A stretch of 64,000 bases of DNA from the NCBI GenBank assembly GCA_902526825.1, contig CABZMN010000001.1, positions 7,819-71,818 on the forward strand, read 5' to 3'. Below are positions 28,558 through 36,058 of this stretch, piece by piece. Numbering within the stretch: the stretch's first letter is position 1; every line of letters starts with the position of its first letter. The position numbers and the translations under genes are program-made. Below the pieces are notes generated by a model, which saw nothing but the letters and a program-made list of their open reading frames with translations, made no database searches and had not been told where the DNA came from. This stretch comes from an uncultured Candidatus Actinomarina sp. (GTDB lineage Bacteria; Actinomycetota; Acidimicrobiia; Actinomarinales; Actinomarinaceae).

Positions 28558-29154
28558 GTGAGAAAAAAAGTAACATTATTCATATTGTTTTTTTCTTTTT
28601 GTTCGCTATTTCAAAATGAAGAACAAGCTGTGGTATCTGTTGTCGATACAGATAAAGGAAAAGAGGCTATTGCAGCAGGTATAGAAATTAACGAAGAGAA
28701 GGAGGAAATAGCAGATGAAGATGCTCCTCTTGTTTTAGTTCAATGCGTAAACGAAGCAGGTTATAAATTTCAAGAACCAAAAAACTTTATAGATCTATAT
28801 ACAACAATTTCAACTTATTTCGAGACACTTACCGAACAAGAAGCAGAAGAACTATGGAAATCTATTGAAGATTGTGCACTCAAATACAACTTATGGGGAG
28901 TTGCTGATGAAGCACAATTTGAAGACCCAGTCCAGACTTCAAAAGAACTAGATAGAGCTTTATTTATAGCAAATTGTTTTAGAGAAGAAGGATACGAAAA
29001 AGTTCCAGACCCTAATTATTTCAACAGAGATGTAAATCTTGATGCATATATTGATGAAAATTGGGAACTCAGAGAAGATGATCCCTTAGTTCAAACTTGG
29101 CAAGGTTGTGAGGAAAAGTTACCTGAAGAACTAAAGGAAGAGTGGGATGATTAA
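28558..29154 (+). CDS. Acidic lipoprotein, Cys-repeat paralogue C
   Basis: GTG start, lipobox FFSFC|S. Modules LVQCVNEAGYKFQEP...IEDC and IANCFREEGYEKVPDP...WQGC. Confidence 0.75.
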   Translation: MRKKVTLFILFFSFCSLFQNEEQAVVSVVDTDKGKEAIAAGIEINEEKEEIADEDAPLVLVQCVNEAGYKFQEPKNFIDLYTTISTYFETLTEQEAEELWKSIEDCALKYNLWGVADEAQFEDPVQTSKELDRALFIANCFREEGYEKVPDPNYFNRDVNLDAYIDENWELREDDPLVQTWQGCEEKLPEELKEEWDD

Positions 29155-29224
29155 AACTTACAATAAAAATTTTGTCTTAATATCTCTAAATACAATACAA
29201 TGCTTTAAGTAGAAAAATACACAT

Positions 29225-30811
29225 ATGAAGTTAAATATATTTAAAAATAGAAATTTTTATATTTTGATAGTTTTAATTTTTGTTGGTTCTGTCACTTATT
29301 ATTTTGGAACCCAAAATACTGAATCTTCATCTATAAATAAAACGCTACAACTGACAACTATATCGGTGAAACAAGGTGATCTTGAAAAGAAAGAAGAATA
29401 CAACGGGACATTGAGACAAACTGACAGCAAAATACTTAATAGTCCTATGGCTGGTGTTGTAACTTATATTCCAGATGAAGGAACTATTGTAAAATTTGGA
29501 GAGATACTCTTTGCTGTTGATAACAAACCAGTCATCCTTGTTGAAGGATCAGTTCCTTTTTATAGAACATTAGATCTTAACTCTGATCCAGGACCAGATG
29601 TATTACAACTTGAAAAAGCACTAGTTTATTTAGGATATGCAGCTGATGGATTTGCTCCAGATGATACTTTTGATGAAACTACTTCACAGATGCTTAACAA
29701 GCTTTATCTTGACTACAAAATAGAAACAAAATCTGAAGTTACTCCATCTGAACAGGTTGCTATCAACTTGAAAGAAACAGAAGTGAAGAATATTGAAGAA
29801 ACTATTGATTCAGGCGGGACAACAATTACTGAAGTAAATGACAAAAAAAAGAAACTAGATGATGCAAAAGAAGATGCAACAGAAGAGAGCGCAGGTTGGA
29901 AAGCAGCAGATACAGCAATTAAAGATGCTGAAGAGACCCTAACGCTTTATAGAGATGAAACAAATCCAAAAACAAAAGAGAAAAAAGCTGATGGAACTTT
30001 AGATTCTGCTATCGAAGACTTAGAACAAACAATAGAAGAACAAAAAAGAATTAAAGCACTAGAAAAAGGAAAAGAGTCAGGCATAGACGCAACAGAGGCA
30101 CTTGCAATTGAGACAGCCCAAAAAGCTTATGATGATGTTTTAAAAGACTACAACGAAGGAGTTGATCAGGAAGCTGAATTAGCAAAAGCAAAAGAAGAAC
30201 TAGAAGAACTTAGGTTAGCTTCAAAGTCAGAAACATTTAGTCCAACAAACGCCTATGCATCTGAAACAGCAATAATTGTTGGTTCTTATATAAACAAGGT
30301 TGGATCTGCTGTAGTTCTAAACTCTCAGCTTTATAATATTTCTTCAGTTGGAATTGAGGTTGTTTTCCAAGTTGATGCATCAGATCAAGAGACAGTTTCA
30401 ATTGGAGATAGCGTTGAGATTGAACTTCCAACAGATGAAAGAGTACCAACGGTGATTACCTTTATAGACCAAGTAGTTACTCAAACTCAAACTGGAGATT
30501 TTATTGAGGTGATTCTTGAAGTACTATATCCAGAAAAAATTGAAGCTTACGATCAAGCACCTGTAAAAGTATTTGTTACAACTGAAATATCCGAGAATGT
30601 GCTTTATGTACCAGTAAATGCATTAATTGCTTTAGCTGAGGGAGGTTATGCCTTAGAAATCTATGAAGGTGAAGCTGAAGGAGGAGTTTTTGAGGGTGAG
30701 TCAGGAGTTGACACTATCTATGTAGCTGTTGAAATTGGAGTCTTTACTGATGGGTTTGTAGAAATCAAGGGAAATATTACTAAAGGTCAACTTGTAGTCG
30801 TACCACGATGA
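29225..30811 (+). CDS. Membrane-anchored HlyD/MacA-like periplasmic adaptor with an inserted peptidoglycan-binding domain and a long coiled coil
   Basis: N-terminal TM helix (FYILIVLIFVGSVTYYF) and a lipoyl-like hairpin (AGVVTYIPDEGTIVKFGEILFAV). PG_binding_1-like PDVLQLEKALVYLGYAADGFAPDDTFDETTSQML, a ~170-aa Glu/Lys/Ala coiled coil, and a C-terminal beta-barrel region. The stop overlaps the ATPase start (ATGA). Confidence 0.75.
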   Translation: MKLNIFKNRNFYILIVLIFVGSVTYYFGTQNTESSSINKTLQLTTISVKQGDLEKKEEYNGTLRQTDSKILNSPMAGVVTYIPDEGTIVKFGEILFAVDNKPVILVEGSVPFYRTLDLNSDPGPDVLQLEKALVYLGYAADGFAPDDTFDETTSQMLNKLYLDYKIETKSEVTPSEQVAINLKETEVKNIEETIDSGGTTITEVNDKKKKLDDAKEDATEESAGWKAADTAIKDAEETLTLYRDETNPKTKEKKADGTLDSAIEDLEQTIEEQKRIKALEKGKESGIDATEALAIETAQKAYDDVLKDYNEGVDQEAELAKAKEELEELRLASKSETFSPTNAYASETAIIVGSYINKVGSAVVLNSQLYNISSVGIEVVFQVDASDQETVSIGDSVEIELPTDERVPTVITFIDQVVTQTQTGDFIEVILEVLYPEKIEAYDQAPVKVFVTTEISENVLYVPVNALIALAEGGYALEIYEGEAEGGVFEGESGVDTIYVAVEIGVFTDGFVEIKGNITKGQLVVVPR

Positions 30812-31512
30812 AAACCGATACAAAAACTGTAATTTCAATCAATGATATTTCAAAAGTTTATGAAGGACCACCCCCTGTAAAAGCACTAGATGGAGTTTCT
30901 TTAAATGTTAATGAAGGAGATTTAGTTGCAATTGTTGGACAATCTGGAAGTGGTAAATCAACTTTACTAAATATGATTGGTTTACTGGATAGTGTTACAG
31001 ACGGCTCAATTGAAATAGAAGGCAAAGATATATCTGACTTAACAGATAATGAACTCTCAAAATTTAGAGGTGAAAAAATAGGATTTATTTTTCAAAGCTT
31101 TTTTCTTTTGCCTGGATTAACCGCACAAGAGAATGTTGCAGAGGGGTTACTATATCAAGGGATTTCAAGGTCAGAAAGGTTAGAAAAAGCCGGAGATGTT
31201 TTAGAACAAGTAGGACTAGGTGATAGGTTAAGCCACCTTCCAAAAGAACTTTCCGGTGGTCAGCAACAAAGAGTTGCAATTGCTAGAGCACTAGTACAAG
31301 ACCCAGCATTTGTTTTAGCAGATGAGCCAACTGGAAATTTGGATAAAGAATCAGGAATAAATATTTTAAATATCTTAAAAGAACTTAATTACCAAGGAAA
31401 AACTGTAATTATGATTACTCACAATCAAGAACATGCAAATATGTTTAAAAAAGTAATTGAATTGGTTGATGGAAAAATTGTAAAAAATGAAAAGAAAAAA
31501 ACTAAGAACTAG
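30808..31512 (+). CDS. ABC transporter ATP-binding protein, MacB/LolD-type
   Basis: Walker A GQSGSGKST, Q-loop FIFQSF, signature LSGGQQQRVAIARAL, Walker B VLADEPTGNLD and H-loop ITHN. Confidence 0.92.
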   Translation: MKTDTKTVISINDISKVYEGPPPVKALDGVSLNVNEGDLVAIVGQSGSGKSTLLNMIGLLDSVTDGSIEIEGKDISDLTDNELSKFRGEKIGFIFQSFFLLPGLTAQENVAEGLLYQGISRSERLEKAGDVLEQVGLGDRLSHLPKELSGGQQQRVAIARALVQDPAFVLADEPTGNLDKESGINILNILKELNYQGKTVIMITHNQEHANMFKKVIELVDGKIVKNEKKKTKN

Positions 31513-32671
31513 AGATTTATTTTTTGTTGCACTTTATGGAGTTCGCGCAAGAAAAGGCAGAGCTACTCTTACTTCTATTGGAATTGGAATTGGAATAGCT
31601 GCAATAGTTGCAGTTTCTGGAATATCAGCATCTGGAAGGGCTGACTTACTATCAACTCTTGAGTCACTTGGAACAAATCTGGTAAAAGCTTCTCCTCAAG
31701 CAGGATTTTTTGGAACTCAAGAAGATTTACCAAAAGGAGTTCTCGGAATGGTTGAAAGAATTGGACCAGTTGAAGAAGTAACATCTACAACTCAGACTGA
31801 TTTACTAGTTCGTAGAAGTAACTTTATATCAGAATTTGAAGGTGGGGGAATTTCAACAATAATTACAAGCGCAGAACTTTTAGATGTAATTGGAGGTAAT
31901 CTTGTTGAAGGCAGGTTCATTACACCTGGTTTGTCTAACATACCTGTAACTGTGTTAGGAAGTGTTACTGCTGAGAGACTTGGAATTACAAATCTCTCGA
32001 CACCTACAAAAATTCTCATTGATAATGAATGGTTTGGGGTAATTGGGGTATTAGAAGAGCTTAAAATACATCCAGACCTAGATAGATCAGTATTTATAGG
32101 TTATGGAGTTGCAAAAACTCTTTTTGATATTGATGAGGAACCAACAACAATTTATTTAAGAGCAAATCCAACTTTTATTGAGGATGTTGTTGAGGTACTA
32201 GCTCCATCAATGAACCCTGAAAATCCTGATCAAGTAGAAGTTACTAGACCCTCAGACGCACTTGAAGCGCAACAAGCAGCTGAAGAAGCATTTACTAATT
32301 TATTACTGGGGCTAGGTTCTGTAGCTCTTCTTGTTGGAGGTGTTGCAATTGCAAACGTAATGGTTATGTCTGTTCTTGAAAGAAGAATGGAAATAGGTGT
32401 GAGAAGATCAATTGGTGCAACCCGTAGAGAAATAAGGTATCAATTTTTATTAGAAAGCATAGTTTTATCAGGAATAGGAGGCCTTGTTGGTGTTGGCCTA
32501 GGAACCTTAATTACTTTGGCTTACACTAACTACACAGATATTGTATTCTCAATACCTATATGGCAGATTTTAGGAGCAGTTTTTTTAGCCTTATTAATTG
32601 GAGCAATTTCAGGAGTATATCCAGCTATAAAAGCATCAAAAATCCAACCAGCAGAAGCAGTAAGAAAGTAA
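31487..32671 (+). CDS. ABC transporter permease, FtsX/MacB family (type VII)
   Basis: TM1 (ATLTSIGIGIGIAAIVAV), then a ~230-aa extracytoplasmic domain and a C-terminal 3-TM FtsX domain (IGVRRSIGATRREI...PAIKASKIQPAEAVRK). Confidence 0.88.
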   Translation: MKRKKLRTRDLFFVALYGVRARKGRATLTSIGIGIGIAAIVAVSGISASGRADLLSTLESLGTNLVKASPQAGFFGTQEDLPKGVLGMVERIGPVEEVTSTTQTDLLVRRSNFISEFEGGGISTIITSAELLDVIGGNLVEGRFITPGLSNIPVTVLGSVTAERLGITNLSTPTKILIDNEWFGVIGVLEELKIHPDLDRSVFIGYGVAKTLFDIDEEPTTIYLRANPTFIEDVVEVLAPSMNPENPDQVEVTRPSDALEAQQAAEEAFTNLLLGLGSVALLVGGVAIANVMVMSVLERRMEIGVRRSIGATRREIRYQFLLESIVLSGIGGLVGVGLGTLITLAYTNYTDIVFSIPIWQILGAVFLALLIGAISGVYPAIKASKIQPAEAVRK

Positions 32672-33189
32672 TTCTTCTTGCTTTGTTGGTTTCTGCCTGC
32701 ACTATTGGTGAAGAAGAAACTAAGGGCGTAGTCTCACTCGAAGAAAGTGTATCCTCTACAACAATTATTGAGCAAGTAACTTTTGAAGAAGGTGTCCTGA
32801 ATTTTGCACAATGTATGAGAGAAGAAGGCATTGACTTTCCAGACCCTTCATTTGATATAGATGGCAATCCAGAATTTGATAATTTAGATATTGAAAATGA
32901 AGAAGAATTTGAAGAAGCATTTACAAACTGTGAAGATATTTTGAGAAACGCTCTTCCTGATCAATTTGATCTCGATCCAGAAGTTGAGGCAGCATTGGTT
33001 GATGCTTCATTAGAATTTTCAAAATGTATGAGAGATGAAGGTATTAGTAACTTTCCTGACCCAACACCAGGTGAATTTGGATTTTTTGCTTTTAGAGATG
33101 CAGATATTGAATGGACTTCAGACGAGGTTCAAGAAGCATTTGAAATCTGCCAACCAGAAAATCCTCTTGATTCGATAGGTGATGATTAA
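32560..33189 (+). CDS. Acidic lipoprotein, Cys-repeat paralogue D (start uncertain)
   Basis: Lipobox LLVSAC|T with the Cys codon at 32698..32700. Modules FAQCMREEGIDFPDP...FTNC and FSKCMRDEGISNFPDP...FEIC. The only canonical in-frame start is ATG 32560, 112 nt inside the permease gene. Confidence 0.7.
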   Translation: MADFRSSFFSLINWSNFRSISSYKSIKNPTSRSSKKVILLALLVSACTIGEEETKGVVSLEESVSSTTIIEQVTFEEGVLNFAQCMREEGIDFPDPSFDIDGNPEFDNLDIENEEEFEEAFTNCEDILRNALPDQFDLDPEVEAALVDASLEFSKCMRDEGISNFPDPTPGEFGFFAFRDADIEWTSDEVQEAFEICQPENPLDSIGDD

Positions 33190-33662
33190 ATTCCTGAATC
33201 AAAATACATAGGTGGGCTTACTCCTATTGTCTGCCAACACAAGCCTTCACTAATTGCACATTCATCATATGTAAACACCCATGTAACAACAAAATACTCA
33301 TTTTTATTATTTAAAATTTTTATTTCATAATGAATCATCTTGTCATCTTCTTGAATTACTTCATATGAGTAATCTGTTAAATCAACTATTGCGTTGTATG
33401 GAGTAGAAATAAGCATTGATTTAAATCTTTCAATTGGTCCGGTAACCTCTTTATTGTCTTTATGAGCATTATTCCAGATTATTTCAACAGCTTTATCTGG
33501 GTCCGATGAGAAGTTTCTATAGCTTTCCATTATTTCAATAAGAACATCCTCAGAATCTTTTTGTTCAACTACAAGATCATTATCAGCATTTGTAGAATTA
33601 CAACTGAATAAAAAAAAGATAATTAAAAATAATTTTTGAAACTTCTTATGCACTAAAAACAA
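33186..33662 (-). CDS. Lipoprotein of unknown function
   Basis: Signal peptide LIIFFLFSC|N. Convergent with paralogue D, overlapping it by 4 nt. Confidence 0.6.
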   Translation of the reverse strand: MFLVHKKFQKLFLIIFFLFSCNSTNADNDLVVEQKDSEDVLIEIMESYRNFSSDPDKAVEIIWNNAHKDNKEVTGPIERFKSMLISTPYNAIVDLTDYSYEVIQEDDKMIHYEIKILNNKNEYFVVTWVFTYDECAISEGLCWQTIGVSPPMYFDSGI

Positions 33663-33723
33663 GCGTCACAACTAAGTACAAATGCAGTAAGAAAGTTAAA
33701 AAGAGAAATGACCAAAAAAGCCT

Positions 33724-33742
33724 TTTTTCTAATTTACTCACA
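33724..33742. repeat. Copy 1 of the 19-nt element TTTTTCTAATTTACTCACA
   Basis: An exact second copy lies 104 bp away, within a ~620-bp region that has no long ORF. Confidence 0.85.
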
Positions 33743-33827
33743 ATGAGATCGTGACTAAGCCTATTGAATTTAGTACTAAATAGAAGTGAAAAACAAAAGC
33801 AACTCCCATGAATGCCCAAAATGTACG

Positions 33828-33846
33828 TTTTTCTAATTTACTCACA
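33828..33846. repeat. Copy 2 of the 19-nt element TTTTTCTAATTTACTCACA
   Basis: Identical to 33724..33742. In both copies TCAC is followed 9-12 nt later by GTGA. Confidence 0.85.
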
Positions 33847-33885
33847 GTTGAATGGTAGTGATAAAAAAAAGTTTTAAGTAATTAA

Positions 33886-34044
33886 TTACTCTATATTTGC
33901 TTTTTCGTATGCTTGACTATAAAGAATTAAGGTAGGTGCCCATAGTCCAACATAGATTGCTAGCTGTGAATCATCAAGCACAACATAGATTAATACCGAT
34001 GCGATCACGGAAACTATGCTTGCATAAAGTCCAAGTTTTATCAT
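33886..34044 (-). CDS. Possible 52-aa small membrane protein
   Basis: My translation is MIKLGLYASIVSVIASVLIYVVLDDSQLAIYVGLWAPTLILYSQAYEKANIE. There is a GAAAGGA RBS about 8 nt upstream. Below the ORF-track cutoff. Confidence 0.35.
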   Translation of the reverse strand: MIKLGLYASIVSVIASVLIYVVLDDSQLAIYVGLWAPTLILYSQAYEKANIE

Positions 34045-34102
34045 TAAAAGGTCCTTTCAATTAATATTATAATTTACCACAATTATTAGTATTAATTAGT
34101 AA

Positions 34103-34246
34103 ATGATAGAAACATTAAGTCAAAACCCGCTTTCATTGGTATTAATATTTCCAATTGTAACTCTTACGGTCTTCGTAGTTGGAATAATAAGGATAGATTT
34201 AGCTAAATTTCAACAAAAACATGTTTCAGGCAAAGAAGAAGAATAA
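34103..34246 (+). CDS. Possible 47-aa single-TM protein
   Basis: My translation is MIETLSQNPLSLVLIFPIVTLTVFVVGIIRIDLAKFQQKHVSGKEEE. Below the ORF-track cutoff. Confidence 0.3.
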   Translation: MIETLSQNPLSLVLIFPIVTLTVFVVGIIRIDLAKFQQKHVSGKEEE

Positions 34247-34283
34247 TCATTTTTCTGTCACAACAAAATACTTATATTAGATT

Positions 34284-34784
34284 ATGAATTTTGGTGAACT
34301 AGAAAACCTTAATGACGCCGAACTCTTTGATTTACAGAATAAAATATCAGAAATTGTAAAAAAAAGAAATTTTGAAAAAGGTGATTTAGAGGAAATAATT
34401 AATAATTCTTTTAATGTAGGTTTTCCCAAAGTTGACGGCCTAGGACTAAACCCTTGGATTGAGAATTCCTTAATTATTTGCCCTGGAGCAAGAATTGATA
34501 AAACAAAAACAAGACATATTTGTAAATTTACTGTCATTGACGAGGAATGGTCATGGGAGTCACCACACATGATTAGTGATGTAATACGAAGAGACCAATC
34601 TTCAAAAAACTTTAGGCAACATTCGATAACGCTAATTTCACCATTTGAAGGCATGAAGGTTCAAGTAATATCTCAAAAATCACAACAGGGAAAACATCTT
34701 GTTGAGGGCGTCGAGTCTTTTGAATTTAAAAACGGGATACTTGAGAAAACTATGACAAAATCATCAAGATCAAGGGAACATTAA
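34284..34784 (+). CDS. Hypothetical cytoplasmic protein
   Basis: 166-aa ORF. Preferred over the antisense ORF 34277..34654 on composition. No motif recognised. Confidence 0.5.
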   Translation: MNFGELENLNDAELFDLQNKISEIVKKRNFEKGDLEEIINNSFNVGFPKVDGLGLNPWIENSLIICPGARIDKTKTRHICKFTVIDEEWSWESPHMISDVIRRDQSSKNFRQHSITLISPFEGMKVQVISQKSQQGKHLVEGVESFEFKNGILEKTMTKSSRSREH

Positions 34785-34814
34785 TTATTCACCAAGGTTT
34801 TATAATTTAATTAT

Positions 34815-36056
34815 ATGTTAAATGTAGTCGTGATAGGTGGTGGCTTTGGGGGTCTTAAATTCCTACAACGAGCTAGAAGCAGCAAGATTAAATTTACGCT
34901 CATTGATAAACAAAACCATCATTTATTTCAACCTTTACTCTATCAAGTTGCAACAGCAGTTTTGTCACCTGCCAACATCGCTTTTCCAATAAGAAGAATG
35001 TTTAAAAATTTTAAAAATGTAAAAGTTATCTTAGATGAGGCAACTGACATTAATAGAGAAGATAAAACTGTAACAATTTCTAGTGGTGAAAAAATAAAAT
35101 ATGACCAATTAGTTGTAAGCACAGGCTCTAGACATTCATATTTTGGTAATGATGGTTGGTCAGAGTATTCAAACGGTCTTAAAGGCATAAATGATGCACT
35201 GCAGATTAGAGAACGTTTATTAAGGGCATTTGAAAAAGCTGAGAACGAAAAAAATACTGAGAAGAGAAATAAATATTTAAATTTTGTTGTTGTAGGAGGA
35301 GGTCCTACGGGAGTTGAAATGGCTGGGTCAATTGCTGAAATAGCTTATAAAAATATGAAAGAGGAGTTTAGAAACTTCAAAAGCTCAGATGCAAACGTAT
35401 ATCTTATCGAAGCCACAGAAAAAATATTACCAATGTATAGTGATAGACTTTCTGGCAAAGCAGAAAAATATTTAATCGATTTTGGGGTTCAGGTTAGAAC
35501 AAACGAAAAAGTGATAAAAATAGAAAATGACTTAGTAGTTACTGATAAAGAAAGTATAGAAACAGATAATGTGATTTGGGCTGCTGGAAATGAAGCAAGC
35601 CCAATAATTAAAAAACTAAATACAAAAACTGACTCGGAAGGAAGAGCGATAGTCGATCCTGATTGTTCTATTAAAGAAGATGGAAACGTATTCGTTATAG
35701 GGGATGCCGCAAATTACAAGAATAAGAACAACTCCACACTCCCTGGTATAGCTCCTGTTGCTATTCAGCAAGGTAAATATTTAGCAAAAATTATTAAGAA
35801 TAAAACTCTAAAACAAGATAGAAAACCATTCAAATATTATGACAAAGGAATGATGGCAACAGTTGGGAGATACAAAGCAATTGGCAAGATTGGAAATATT
35901 GAAATATCTGGATTTATCGCTTGGTTATTTTGGAGTGCAATACACATACTTTATTTAATTGGATACAGGTCAAAAATTTTAGTGGTTATCGAATGGATAT
36001 TCTCTTACCTCTTTAATAAAAAAGGAACAAGATTAATTTATAGAGAACCTACTTAA
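34815..36056 (+). CDS. ndh: Type II NADH dehydrogenase (NDH-2)
   Basis: VVIGGGFGG, HHLFQPLLYQVAT, VVGGGPTGVEMAG and VIGDAA. Confidence 0.88.
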   Translation: MLNVVVIGGGFGGLKFLQRARSSKIKFTLIDKQNHHLFQPLLYQVATAVLSPANIAFPIRRMFKNFKNVKVILDEATDINREDKTVTISSGEKIKYDQLVVSTGSRHSYFGNDGWSEYSNGLKGINDALQIRERLLRAFEKAENEKNTEKRNKYLNFVVVGGGPTGVEMAGSIAEIAYKNMKEEFRNFKSSDANVYLIEATEKILPMYSDRLSGKAEKYLIDFGVQVRTNEKVIKIENDLVVTDKESIETDNVIWAAGNEASPIIKKLNTKTDSEGRAIVDPDCSIKEDGNVFVIGDAANYKNKNNSTLPGIAPVAIQQGKYLAKIIKNKTLKQDRKPFKYYDKGMMATVGRYKAIGKIGNIEISGFIAWLFWSAIHILYLIGYRSKILVVIEWIFSYLFNKKGTRLIYREPT

Positions 36057-36058
36057 CT

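Noticed and set aside
32560-32671. Programmed frameshift fusing the permease to lipoprotein D
   Set aside because: The permease ends with a typical FtsX C-terminus (PAIKASKIQPAEAVRK) and a clean stop. I saw no slippery heptamer, so a separate but coupled gene is the simpler reading.
34277-34654. 125-aa minus-strand ORF
   Set aside because: It lies fully antisense to the longer 34284..34784 ORF, whose composition is more protein-like. Only one of the two is likely to be real.
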